This document shows, in pieces, positions 19,267 through 28,702 of a DNA stretch of 64,000 bases. The position numbers and the translations under genes are program-made. Positions within the stretch are counted from its first letter, which is position 1. Each line of letters begins with the position of its first letter. Source of the DNA: Pseudomonadota bacterium (GTDB lineage: Bacteria > Pseudomonadota > Alphaproteobacteria > Puniceispirillales > Puniceispirillaceae); NCBI GenBank assembly GCA_027620495.1, contig JAQCEA010000008.1:12098-76097 (forward strand), read 5' to 3'. Below the pieces are notes generated by a model. That model was not told the DNA's origin. It saw only the letters and a list, made by a program, of their open reading frames with translations, and made no database searches.

Positions 19267-19680
19267 TTAATCACTAAGCACCCGTACAAGGCCAGCGTCT
19301 GGATCAACCTCTAGCTGTTGTCCTGTCGTAATCAGCGTGGTGATGTCGCCATCTTCAAACCGGTCACACATGGTGATGTTGGCAAGCGCTGCACCTTGCA
19401 CCAAAATCGTGTTGGCCTGATTAAATAAAATGGCCTTTGGCACAATGCCGCGTGCCGCCATTTCATGCAGCATCCACGCTGTTGCCACACCGCCTTTGGC
19501 CGTATTGAGAACCAAAATTTTATCCTTGTAAGATTGTCCAGCCAGTTTGTGTTGTGGCCGTGAAAACACGCCCTTTATCCGGTCAAGGTCATAGCGTGCT
19601 GAAAAATTATCATCGGCAACAAGGGCGATGCCAGTGACCTTTGGGCCAACACCCTTATGGCATTTTAATTCTTTGTTCAT
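19267..19680 (-). CDS. Aconitase X swivel-domain subunit (DUF126)
   Basis: 137 aa. GKILVLNTAKGGVATAWMLHEM pattern typical of DUF126. ATGA overlap with the upstream DUF521 gene. Confidence 0.7.
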   Translation of the reverse strand: MNKELKCHKGVGPKVTGIALVADDNFSARYDLDRIKGVFSRPQHKLAGQSYKDKILVLNTAKGGVATAWMLHEMAARGIVPKAILFNQANTILVQGAALANITMCDRFEDGDITTLITTGQQLEVDPDAGLVRVLSD

Positions 19681-20909
19681 TGGATCACCCCCTCAATGGC
19701 GGACGCAACACAGTTTTCCATACTGGCAAGTGCTGGTTTATATCCATAACCGCCTAAAATATTAACAATCTTTGCTGAATTGCTGAGCAACCGCACCCAC
19801 CCATTAGCCTCGCCAATTTCGCGGGCATATTGGTTATAAAAACAGGTACCTTCCAAAATAGTGCCGCCAGCCGCCACTATCTGTGCGGTAAATCCCATGC
19901 GGCGTGCATCCCCAATCACTTGCGGGGCGGTGCATACAATTACCGGCACTTTAAAGGTGACGCCGCGGCATAAAGCGGCCAATTGCTGCATTTCAACGAT
20001 AGATAGCTGAGGGGCGGCAAATACAACCACGTCAAGCTTATCGCCGCGCCCACTAAAACCCCCACCAAGCTGTGCGATATCATCGGCTGTTATTGTTTCG
20101 GCTTGGCATTTATCACCGCCACAATCTGCTAAATTTTGCGCTTCTGGGGTGATGCCAACCAGATGAAATAACGGTGTTGACCCATAGCTGGCCATTGCCG
20201 CACCAAAATGTTTGATTTCATCAGATGTCGGGATGCTTTCCAGCCCTTCTACAACTGGCACTTCCCAATAGCTTCCAGATTTTTTTCCGATAACGGCACC
20301 TAAAATGCCCCAATCTGTCAGATTTTTCGGCTGATTGGTGACTTGAAAGCGGCGGGTGGCCCGGCGCAAGCTATCGAGATGCAAGCCATAACGCGGCGTG
20401 CGCCCGGTCAGGCCAGCGGCGAGGGCAGACGGCCCGCCTTCAAAATTTGATCGCGCGCCACAAACGCTGTTTGCATAGATCACCACCCCGGTATCACCAT
20501 AGGCAAGATGGTCACCGCGTACAGGCGGCATGATTGTCTGGTAATTGATGCATGTATTGGTCATCATAATGCCGATGGCCTCGCATGTGGCGATAAAGCG
20601 GCGTTCTAACGATGCCATGTCTTCGGTCTGGCCAAGTGGTTGATAATAGGCAAGGTCAACACCGCGTGGATCAGTGATCATTGGGATCACAACTTGGCTG
20701 CCACTGCGCGCCAAATCTTCGATAAAGGCAACGCCAGCTTCGCCAACTGATTCCGGATCCGCCATCATATGCGCCTGACTTACCGGCACCATGTCAACCG
20801 CGTCAAAAAACGCCCCCACTTGAATTTGATGGTTGATTGCCCATTGTTGGGCCGGGCCAAAATCGCCGTTGCGCATGGCGCGTTCTTCGTCATTGAGATT
20901 CATAATCAC
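19677..20909 (-). CDS. Aconitase X catalytic subunit (DUF521)
   Basis: 410 aa. AcnX-like pattern (HMMADPES..., CTNTCINYQ..., several conserved Cys). Paired with the DUF126 gene. Confidence 0.72.
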   Translation of the reverse strand: MIMNLNDEERAMRNGDFGPAQQWAINHQIQVGAFFDAVDMVPVSQAHMMADPESVGEAGVAFIEDLARSGSQVVIPMITDPRGVDLAYYQPLGQTEDMASLERRFIATCEAIGIMMTNTCINYQTIMPPVRGDHLAYGDTGVVIYANSVCGARSNFEGGPSALAAGLTGRTPRYGLHLDSLRRATRRFQVTNQPKNLTDWGILGAVIGKKSGSYWEVPVVEGLESIPTSDEIKHFGAAMASYGSTPLFHLVGITPEAQNLADCGGDKCQAETITADDIAQLGGGFSGRGDKLDVVVFAAPQLSIVEMQQLAALCRGVTFKVPVIVCTAPQVIGDARRMGFTAQIVAAGGTILEGTCFYNQYAREIGEANGWVRLLSNSAKIVNILGGYGYKPALASMENCVASAIEGVIQ

Positions 20910-21111
20910 TCTCTTTATGCCAATTTTTTTTTCAGATTAGCGTGATCACGATATGTGTCATCACTAAAAATCTGTTTGCCTGTGATCAATCATGTTTCAC
21001 CATTGCTCTGCTTGAAAATTTTGCAATAGCGCCCACTTAAGAAACACTATGGCGTGGGGAAAAACTTGGCAGGGGAAAAAACTTGGCAGGCCATTGTTGA
21101 GGTCGGAAAAA

Positions 21112-21486
21112 ATGATGTTGACGGTTTATTATGACGGCAAATGCGGGTTATGCCGCCGTGAAATTGAATATTACAAACGGGTGGCACCGGCTGATCGATT
21201 TGTATGGCTGGACATTGCGAATGACCCGGCCGGTTTGGCCGATCTTGATATTTCGCAAGCAGACGCGCTACGGCGACTTCATGCCCGGGACGCATCTGGC
21301 ACCATATATGTTGGTGTGGCTGCCTTTGTCGCTATTTGGCAAGCTTTGGATTATTGGCGCTATCTGGCATTGATTATGAAGCTACCATTTTTGCAACCGC
21401 TGGCGGCTTTGGCCTATGACCGGTTTGCTGATTACCGCTTTTCACGTCTTGCCCATTGCCAAATCGCGCTCAAGTCCGCCAAATAA
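21112..21486 (+). CDS. Thiol-disulfide oxidoreductase DCC family (DUF393)
   Basis: VYYDGKCGLCRREI motif at the N-terminus. Start moved to the MM at 21112. The track ORF opens at 21049. Confidence 0.75.
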   Translation: MMLTVYYDGKCGLCRREIEYYKRVAPADRFVWLDIANDPAGLADLDISQADALRRLHARDASGTIYVGVAAFVAIWQALDYWRYLALIMKLPFLQPLAALAYDRFADYRFSRLAHCQIALKSAK

Positions 21487-21527
21487 TATCTTCTGCCTGA
21501 TGCCAGCTTGTTGCGGCGGGCTTTGGC

Positions 21528-22361
21528 CTAGATCATCTGCAGGGCTTGGTCGAGCCACTGCCAATTTTTTGATGTCTCATCATTGCGTGAAAAATACACA
21601 CGGCGCGTAAATTCCGGGGCCGCTGTCAATATATAAAGGCTGTTTTCGTCAAGATGCTGTTTGACAAGCCGGTAGGGCAAATATGCTGACCCGCCATTTT
21701 GCAAAAGATAGCGCAACCCCCAGATTGGATTGTTAAAGCTGATATTGGCAATGCCAGCGTGGGCGTAGGCGGTGGCATGCTGGCGCCCAAAATCGGTGCC
21801 GGACTCGATAAAAACATAGCCCGGATCAAATTCCAATGGGGTATCCGGGTCCGGTGACACCAAAACCAGACGGTCTGGCGCAAGTTCAATCACCGACTGG
21901 TTCGATTTTACGTCAGCCGCATGGCTAAGACCTATATCAACCAGACCAGAATCAAGCCAATTTGAAATTTGCGCTGAATTGCCGGCCCATATGCTGACCG
22001 CGATATCGGGTCTGAGCTGACATATATTGGCAAACAGAATTTCGCCCAAACCAGTCCATAAAGAATGGTGAACACCAAAATTACAAATCAGCCTGACATT
22101 GTCGGGAAGGGCAATTTCTTGGCGTGCCTGACGCCATAAATCAGACATGGCCTCGGCGTAGCGTTTAAGCCGAAGTCCCGATGCGGTGATGGTGACGCCT
22201 GAACCATGACGATGCAGCAAGATATGCCCCAAATCATCCTCAAGCGCCTGCAACCGCGCGGTGATTGTTGACTGGGTGACGTTGAGTTTTTCCGAGGCGC
22301 GTGACAAGCTGCCGGTCTCGATGATGGTTAAAAATGTTTGTAAAGCTGACAGTTTCATCAC
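21528..22361 (-). CDS. LysR-family transcriptional regulator
   Basis: 277 aa. N-terminal wHTH LQTFLTIIETGSLSRASEKLNVTQSTITARLQALE. Divergent from the 22430.. operon. Confidence 0.9.
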   Translation of the reverse strand: MMKLSALQTFLTIIETGSLSRASEKLNVTQSTITARLQALEDDLGHILLHRHGSGVTITASGLRLKRYAEAMSDLWRQARQEIALPDNVRLICNFGVHHSLWTGLGEILFANICQLRPDIAVSIWAGNSAQISNWLDSGLVDIGLSHAADVKSNQSVIELAPDRLVLVSPDPDTPLEFDPGYVFIESGTDFGRQHATAYAHAGIANISFNNPIWGLRYLLQNGGSAYLPYRLVKQHLDENSLYILTAAPEFTRRVYFSRNDETSKNWQWLDQALQMI

Positions 22362-22373
22362 GGGATTCCTTAA

Positions 22374-22388
22374 ATCGAATTATTCGAT
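22374..22388. promoter_or_regulatory. Perfect 15-bp palindrome ATCGAAT-T-ATTCGAT (ATC-N9-GAT, LTTR-box type)
   Basis: Read directly. Lies 13 nt upstream of the lysR start and 42 nt upstream of the divergent operon start. Fits the T-N11-A / ATC-N9-GAT LysR recognition pattern. Confidence 0.5.
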
Positions 22389-22429
22389 ATGATAATGCAT
22401 AATAATTCATTTTTCAAATAGGCCGCGCT

Positions 22430-22975
22430 ATGGCATTTGTGATGGTGGGGAGTGCATATATGACCTATCCACCGGAACATTCTGATCAACATCGCACCGA
22501 ATTCATCGGCGCAATGCGCGGCGTTGGTGCCAGTGTCACCGTTGTCACAACAAATGGCAAAGCTGGGCGACGCGGGGCCACTGTATCGGCGTTTTGTTCG
22601 GTTTCGGCTGACCCGCCGACAATTTTGGTGTGTCTGAATAAATCAAGTGGGATCGCCGATGCGGTGGCTGAAAACCGCCTGTTTAATGTCAATATTTTGC
22701 GTGATGACCAGGCGAAGATTGCCCGGCGATTTGCTGGCCATGATGATGGGCATGTGACTGACCGTTTTGAAAACATTGGTTGCGGTGCGTCTGATGTCCC
22801 AGAAATAACGGGGGCAATGGTGCTGTGTTGCGAGACAGAATCCATGGTGCCGTCAACAAGTCACACCATTGTTATTGCGCGTGTGATCGCCATCAAATCC
22901 CCGCATCTTTTACCGCTGGCCTATCTAAATGGTGGGTTTCACCAGCTTGTGCCAATAAAAGCCGATATTGAGTGA
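22430..22975 (+). CDS. Flavin reductase family protein (FMN-binding split barrel)
   Basis: 181 aa. FIGAMRGVGASVTVVTT..GATVSAFCSVSADPPTILVCL is typical of HpaC-like flavin reductases. Confidence 0.8.
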   Translation: MAFVMVGSAYMTYPPEHSDQHRTEFIGAMRGVGASVTVVTTNGKAGRRGATVSAFCSVSADPPTILVCLNKSSGIADAVAENRLFNVNILRDDQAKIARRFAGHDDGHVTDRFENIGCGASDVPEITGAMVLCCETESMVPSTSHTIVIARVIAIKSPHLLPLAYLNGGFHQLVPIKADIE

Positions 22976-22982
22976 GGTGGCT

Positions 22983-24464
22983 ATGTCAGATCTTGTAACC
23001 TATCAGATGCTGATCAATGGGCAGTGGGTAGACGCGATAGATGGCGGCTGTTTTGAAAGCATTAACCCAAGCACTGGCAAGGCGTGGGCGTCTGTGCCAG
23101 AGGCCACCGCCGAAGATGTCGATTGTGCGGTAAAGGCTGCCGACCATGCGATGTATCAGGGGCCATGGGCGCGCATGACGCCAACAGAGCGCGGGAAATG
23201 TCTGCGCAAACTTGCTGATTTGCTGGCAGATAAATCAGAAGATTTAGGTCGGATCGAAACGCGCGATACCGGAAAAATGTTTACTGAGACGCGCTGGCAA
23301 GCAAAGTATATAGCTGAATTTTTTTATTTTTATGCGGGGGCGGCAGATAAAATTGATGGCAAAACCTTGCCAATTGATAAGCCCGATATGTTTGTGTTTA
23401 CCGATCGTGAACCCGTCGGTGTTGTGGCCGCAGTTGTGCCGTGGAATTCACAATTATTTCTAAGCGCTGTTAAAATTGGCCCGGCGCTGGCGGCGGGTAA
23501 TGCCATTGTGTTAAAGGCGTCTGAATATGGGTCGGCGTCAATGTTGGAATTTGGCAAATTGATCAAAGAGGCTGGTATTCCAGATGGTGTGGTCAACATC
23601 ATTACCGGGCATGGTGACCCTTGTGGCAAAACCCTGACGTCACATCCATTGGTTGCGCGCGTTTCATTTACTGGCGGCCCAGCCTCGGCAGCGCATGTGA
23701 TCAGAAATACTGCCGAAAATTTTGCTGAAATTTCGCTGGAACTTGGCGGTAAATCACCCTTTATTGTGTTTGATGACGCTGATTTAGAAAGCGCTGTCAA
23801 TGGGTCGGTTGCTGGCATTTTTGCCGCGGCTGGCCAAAGCTGTGTTGCCGGATCGCGGCTCTATCTTCATGACAGGATCGCCGATGAATTTTTGCACCGT
23901 ATGGTTGAAATTGCCAAATCCATCAAGATTGGTGACCCACAAGATGAATCGACCCAGATGGGACCCCTTTGCACCCCCGCGCAAATGGCGCATATTGAAT
24001 CTCAGGTGGCTTTGGCCAAATCTGAAGGGGGGCGCATTTTGACAGGCGGTCAGCGTGTTGCTGGCCGTGATGGTTTATATTTCGAACCCACCATTATTGA
24101 ATGTCCACGCCAAGACATGACAATTGTCGATACTGAATTATTTGGCCCGGTGTTAAGTGTGTTGCGGTTTACTGATGAAGACGAAGTTGTCGCACATGCC
24201 AATGCGTCGCAACATGGGCTGGCCGCTGGTATTTTTACACGTGATAGCGCGCGTTCGGTGCGGATGGCACGGCGCATTCGGGCGGGCATTATTTGGGTGA
24301 ATACCTACCGGGTGATCTCGCCAATTGCCGAATTTGGCGGTATGAAAACATCTGGCTATGGCCGCGAAAGCGGTATGCAAGCCGTATATGACTACACTAG
24401 ACCAAAAACCGTGTGGATGAATCTCAGCCAAACGCCAATCGCCAACCCATTTCAACCTCGTTGA
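22983..24464 (+). CDS. NAD(P)-dependent aldehyde dehydrogenase
   Basis: Motifs VVPWNSQL, ELGGKSP, GQSCVAGSR (catalytic Cys), EEFGP-like ELFGPV. ATG 22983 is preceded by a GAGG SD. The track TTG start is 22968. Confidence 0.93.
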   Translation: MSDLVTYQMLINGQWVDAIDGGCFESINPSTGKAWASVPEATAEDVDCAVKAADHAMYQGPWARMTPTERGKCLRKLADLLADKSEDLGRIETRDTGKMFTETRWQAKYIAEFFYFYAGAADKIDGKTLPIDKPDMFVFTDREPVGVVAAVVPWNSQLFLSAVKIGPALAAGNAIVLKASEYGSASMLEFGKLIKEAGIPDGVVNIITGHGDPCGKTLTSHPLVARVSFTGGPASAAHVIRNTAENFAEISLELGGKSPFIVFDDADLESAVNGSVAGIFAAAGQSCVAGSRLYLHDRIADEFLHRMVEIAKSIKIGDPQDESTQMGPLCTPAQMAHIESQVALAKSEGGRILTGGQRVAGRDGLYFEPTIIECPRQDMTIVDTELFGPVLSVLRFTDEDEVVAHANASQHGLAAGIFTRDSARSVRMARRIRAGIIWVNTYRVISPIAEFGGMKTSGYGRESGMQAVYDYTRPKTVWMNLSQTPIANPFQPR

Positions 24465-24485
24465 TTTTTTTGTAAAGGACGGATC

Positions 24486-25082
24486 ATGCCAGCAGAAATT
24501 AGAAGAACGATTACCCATATCCAACATACGCATAATGAGGGGGGAAAGCCACTTGCCGAACCTACGTTGCTGGTTGCCGCGGTCGCCATTATTCGCAACC
24601 CGTGGTTTGGACGTGGGTTTGTTGAAAATCTAAAGCCGGAAATACGCGACCTTGGGCCGGAACTTGGCAAATTGCTGACAGATATGGTGTTGGCTGTTAC
24701 CGGCGATAAGCTAGAGGGATATGGTAAAGCGTCGGTTGTGGGGATTGGCGGTGAAATTGAACATGCACAGGCATTGACCCACACCGTTTGGTTCGGCAAC
24801 CAATATCGTGATGCGGTTGATGCCAAAACCTATCTTGCATTTGCAAATTTGCGTGGTGCGGCTGGCTGTCCTCTGGTGATACCGCTTATGGATAAACATG
24901 ACGCTGGGCGGCGTTCGCATTATCAGACCATTCACCTAAATATTCCGGATGCCCCAGCTGATGATGAAATTGTCATTGCCCTTGGTGCGTCTGTTGGCGG
25001 CCATCCGCATCATCGTATTGGTGACCGTTACGAAGATTTAAAGGAGATGGGACACGATGTCGACAATCCAGCCGGGGTATGA
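24486..25082 (+). CDS. DUF1185 ('amino acid synthesis') family protein
   Basis: 198 aa. IRNPWFGRGFVENL, EHAQALTHT, HHRIGDRYEDL match my recollection of the PF06684 family. Confidence 0.68.
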   Translation: MPAEIRRTITHIQHTHNEGGKPLAEPTLLVAAVAIIRNPWFGRGFVENLKPEIRDLGPELGKLLTDMVLAVTGDKLEGYGKASVVGIGGEIEHAQALTHTVWFGNQYRDAVDAKTYLAFANLRGAAGCPLVIPLMDKHDAGRRSHYQTIHLNIPDAPADDEIVIALGASVGGHPHHRIGDRYEDLKEMGHDVDNPAGV

Positions 25083-25872
25083 AATCGCCCCTGATGGCAC
25101 AGCTTATGAAATTTTGCGCAAGGCTGATGCACCGCTCGTTGTTTTGATTCATGGGTTGGGGTTATGCCGGCATATGTGGCGGGATCATATTGCTGATTTT
25201 GCCGCTGATTATCAGGTGCTGACCTATGACCTGTTAGGCCATGGTGACAGCGCCGCACCAACAGCGCCAACTGATTTACCGCTGTATGCTGGTCAATTAT
25301 GCGGCCTGCTGGATCATTTGCAAATAGACAAGGCAGCAGTGGTTGGGTTTTCGATTGGCGGCATGATCAATCGCCGCTTTGCCCTCGATTATCCGGACCG
25401 TTTGTCGGCACTGGCCATTTTGAACTCGCCGCATGACCGCGGTCATAAAGCCCAAGCTCTGGTTGAAGCGCGGGCTGCGGCGGTACGATCAGAAGGGGCG
25501 ATGGCCACCATGGAAGCTGCGCTTGAACGCTGGTTCACCGACGATTATCGGGCCTCACATGCAGATTTTATGGAAACGGTGCGGACATGGCGCCGCCAAG
25601 TCGATGCCCAAAGCTATGCCGAAGCGGCGTGGGTGTTGGCAACTGGCGTGAAAGAGCTGACACGCCCGACCACGCCGGTAAAGGTGCCAACAATTGTCAT
25701 CACCAGCGAAAATGATAGTGGCAGTACGCCGGATATGGCCGCAACAATCGCTGCCGAAATTGATCAGGCTGATATTTGCATTGTACCCGAACTTAAACAT
25801 TTAGGCCTGATTGAACAGCCGCAATCATTTACTGCGCCAGTCATTGAATTTTTCAGAAAGCTCTCTTTATGA
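25057..25872 (+). CDS. Alpha/beta hydrolase
   Basis: 271 aa. HGLG oxyanion motif, nucleophile elbow GFSIGG, C-terminal His region. Overlaps the upstream gene by 26 nt. Confidence 0.85.
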   Translation: MSTIQPGYEIAPDGTAYEILRKADAPLVVLIHGLGLCRHMWRDHIADFAADYQVLTYDLLGHGDSAAPTAPTDLPLYAGQLCGLLDHLQIDKAAVVGFSIGGMINRRFALDYPDRLSALAILNSPHDRGHKAQALVEARAAAVRSEGAMATMEAALERWFTDDYRASHADFMETVRTWRRQVDAQSYAEAAWVLATGVKELTRPTTPVKVPTIVITSENDSGSTPDMAATIAAEIDQADICIVPELKHLGLIEQPQSFTAPVIEFFRKLSL

Positions 25873-27569
25873 ACGCAAAAACAACTAAAACACTGTCGGG
25901 CGGTCAGGCCGCTGTTGAAGCGTTGCGCAATGAAAAAACTGAATTTGTATTTGGTTTGATTGGTTCTGCCACAATGGAAATGTTTGATGCGTTATATGAT
26001 GCAGATGATATCAAATTTATTGGCATTCATGATGAACGTACCGGCACACATATGGCTGATGGCTATGCCCGGGCAAGCGGCAAGGCCGGGGTTGTTCTGG
26101 CCGGGCAAAATGGCCCGGGCGCAACCAATTTGGTCACTGGCTTGGCACAGGCGAAAGCGGCGTATTCGCCGGTGGTATCGATAGCTGGGGCGCTGTCTTC
26201 GGGGCATGTATATCGCGATGCGTTTCAGGAAGTTGATCAACAGGCGCTATTTGCCCCGATCACCAAGAAAACATGGACGGTGCCGTCAACTGATCGGGTG
26301 CCGGAAATTTTCCGTGAGGCCTTTCGAACGGCCCTAGCGCCGCGCCGTGGACCCGTTCAGGTCAACCTGCCCCGTGATGTGTTGTCTGGGCAGGCCGAAT
26401 TTGACAGCGAACCACAACCGCAACACTATCGGTACATGAGCCTGCCACAGGCTGGAAATGAACAAATTCAACAGGCTGCGGCGCTTTTGGCGGCGGCTGA
26501 CCGGCCGGTCATCGTTGCTGGTGGCGGTATTAAAAACACCAACGGTGACAATGCCGCTATTTTGCTGGCTGAAAGTTTAAATGCGCCGATTGTGACATCC
26601 CCCGGCCATGGTGACGCCATACCGTTTGGGCATCCATTAAATGCCGGGCAGATGGGCCCACGTGGGAATGCGGTAGCGTCACGTTTGGTAAAGGAAGCTG
26701 ATGTTATTTTGGCGCTTGGAACGCGGCTTGGGTTTAATTCAACCTTTTATAGCTATGATAACATCAATCGGGACGCCGCGATCATCCAGATTGAAATCGA
26801 ACCGACAGCCATTGGCAGATTTTTTCCGGTTGCGCTGGGCATTTGGGGCGATGCGCCGGGCGCTGCAACGGCGCTTGCCGCCGCGCTTGAAACAATCCAG
26901 AGACGGGCGAGCGCCGATGCATGGACGGCCAGATATAAGGAAGAACGGGCGGCTTTTTTGGCCAAACGCGATCAAGAAGCTGTCGAGACTGACCCGATCC
27001 AACCATCTGGTCTATTTAAAGCCTTTCGTCAGGTGTTTCCAGCGAATGCCGCAGTTACATTTGACGCTGGCACATTATGTTTGCAAGGCACGGATGCGCT
27101 TTGTTACGGCGGCCCAAAAAGCCTGTTTTCACCGCTGGATTTCGGCCTTGTTGGTTTTTCTTTTGCCTGTGGGCTTGGCGTCAAGCTAGCCGTGCCAGAC
27201 CGGCCAGTGATCAGCCTGATGGGTGATGGCGGATTTGGTATGACGGTTTCAGAACTCAGCACCGCCGTTGATTACAATATTAACACCGTTACAGTGGTGA
27301 TGAATAACGGCTGTTGGGGCGCTGAAAAAGCTTATCAGCGTGATTTCTTTAACGGTCGCTATATGGGGGCTGATGTATCTAGCCCGCCATTTGACAAGCT
27401 TGCTGAACTCTATGGTGCCGCTGGCTACCGCGCTGAAAAACTAGCTGATGTGCTGGGTGCTATCGAAGCGGCATTGGCATGCGGCAAACCAGCTGTTGTG
27501 GATGTCGCTGTTGACCCGAACGCCTTATTCAGTTTTCGCCGCGATAGTTTTAAGCATCGCGGGGGGTGA
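25869..27569 (+). CDS. Thiamine diphosphate-dependent enzyme (acetolactate synthase / 2-oxoacid decarboxylase superfamily)
   Basis: 566 aa. N-terminal Pyr domain (GYARASGKAGVVLAGQNGPGATNL). ThDP-binding motif GDGGFGM..(N)..NN. ATGA overlap with the hydrolase gene. Confidence 0.88.
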   Translation: MNAKTTKTLSGGQAAVEALRNEKTEFVFGLIGSATMEMFDALYDADDIKFIGIHDERTGTHMADGYARASGKAGVVLAGQNGPGATNLVTGLAQAKAAYSPVVSIAGALSSGHVYRDAFQEVDQQALFAPITKKTWTVPSTDRVPEIFREAFRTALAPRRGPVQVNLPRDVLSGQAEFDSEPQPQHYRYMSLPQAGNEQIQQAAALLAAADRPVIVAGGGIKNTNGDNAAILLAESLNAPIVTSPGHGDAIPFGHPLNAGQMGPRGNAVASRLVKEADVILALGTRLGFNSTFYSYDNINRDAAIIQIEIEPTAIGRFFPVALGIWGDAPGAATALAAALETIQRRASADAWTARYKEERAAFLAKRDQEAVETDPIQPSGLFKAFRQVFPANAAVTFDAGTLCLQGTDALCYGGPKSLFSPLDFGLVGFSFACGLGVKLAVPDRPVISLMGDGGFGMTVSELSTAVDYNINTVTVVMNNGCWGAEKAYQRDFFNGRYMGADVSSPPFDKLAELYGAAGYRAEKLADVLGAIEAALACGKPAVVDVAVDPNALFSFRRDSFKHRGG

Positions 27570-27573
27570 TCAT

Positions 27574-27909
27574 ATGCTGACACGCTACGCTATTTTTGAA
27601 GGCCGCGTTCGCCCGGGCATGGACAGTGAAATGCGTGCCTATGTCAATGATGTGCTGGCACCATTATGGCGCCAATTTGACGGCGCGCATACGGTCCGGG
27701 TGATGTTTGGTGTCGAACAAGACCCAGACGGCCCCAGCTTTCCGCTGGTACTGGCCATCACCTATCCAGATGCGGCGGCGATGGCACGTGGCTTGGCCAG
27801 TCGCGCACGCTATGAATCGCGCGATTTATTGCCAGAATTTTTTGCTAAATATATTGATGGAAAATTGCTCCATTATGTAATGGAAACAAATATTTTTATG
27901 CCAAATTAA
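27574..27909 (+). CDS. Small alpha+beta protein, EthD-like (tentative)
   Basis: 111 aa from ATG 27574, 5 nt after the ThDP-enzyme stop. Size and MLTRYAIFEGRV... start resemble EthD/dimeric alpha-beta-barrel proteins. Weak call. Confidence 0.4.
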   Translation: MLTRYAIFEGRVRPGMDSEMRAYVNDVLAPLWRQFDGAHTVRVMFGVEQDPDGPSFPLVLAITYPDAAAMARGLASRARYESRDLLPEFFAKYIDGKLLHYVMETNIFMPN

Positions 27910-27943
27910 ACCTAAATTATTAGCATAAAGCAGGCTGATGTTT

Positions 27944-28393
27944 CTAGCCGCGACCACGGTAGCCAGCGACCCCTTGATCGGGAACCCATGTGCCAGCTGG
28001 CACTTCGCCATATTGCCAAAACACATCAATCGGCATACCGCCGCGTGGGTACCAATAGCCGCCTATGCGCAACCAGCGTGGGGCCATTAAGTCAACAAGC
28101 TGTTTGCCAATGCCAACCGTACAGGCCTCGTGGAATGACTGGTGGTTGCGAAAGCTATTTAAATATAATTTCAGCGATTTTGATTCGACCATCCATTGGT
28201 CGGGGACATAGTCAATGACAAGATGTGCAAAATCAGGCTGGGCCGTAACCGGGCATAGCGAGGTAAATTCAGGTTGCGTAAAGCGCGCCACAAAATTCGT
28301 GTCAGGGTGTGGGTTCGGCACCCGTTCAAGTTCGGCATCTTCTGGCCGTTGTGGCTGCTGTGACGCTTTGCCTAGTGCTTTTAAATTTTCCAT
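27944..28393 (-). CDS. queF: NADPH-dependent 7-cyano-7-deazaguanine reductase QueF (type I)
   Basis: [13 protein letters not shown] (catalytic Cys) and the QueF motif [15 protein letters not shown]. Start set at MENLKAL (28393). The track ORF extends to 28495. Confidence 0.9.
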   Translation of the reverse strand: MENLKALGKASQQPQRPEDAELERVPNPHPDTNFVARFTQPEFTSLCPVTAQPDFAHLVIDYVPDQWMVESKSLKLYLNSFRNHQSFHEACTVGIGKQLVDLMAPRWLRIGGYWYPRGGMPIDVFWQYGEVPAGTWVPDQGVAGYRGRG

Positions 28394-28702
28394 CTTACGG
28401 CCCATTTTGTGCTGATGTTGACAGGCTGGCATAAATCGGCAAACACATAATGCCAAATGTGATCTGCTCAATTTGCGATTCTGTCTTTTACACATTAACT
28501 CGGTCTATTCCAAGCACCGATCAAAGGCCTGGTGATTTAATGTGTGACGGCATGTGGTTATGCTGTTGTTTGCCAGAAAATTTCCCCCTAAACTGTCACC
28601 CCGCTGCATCGACAAGGTGAAGCAAACCAACCAACAACAGCATTATGGTCCCGGTCATCATCGCTATATTTACCATCAATACCAGCCTTTCATGTTCAGG
28701 AG

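Noticed and set aside
28394-28702. preQ1 riboswitch or small gene (65-aa track ORF 28554..28751) in the queF-OYE spacer
   Set aside because: No preQ1-I/II-like hairpin plus A-rich tail was seen. The 65-aa ORF overlaps the OYE start, has no SD and has an implausible composition.
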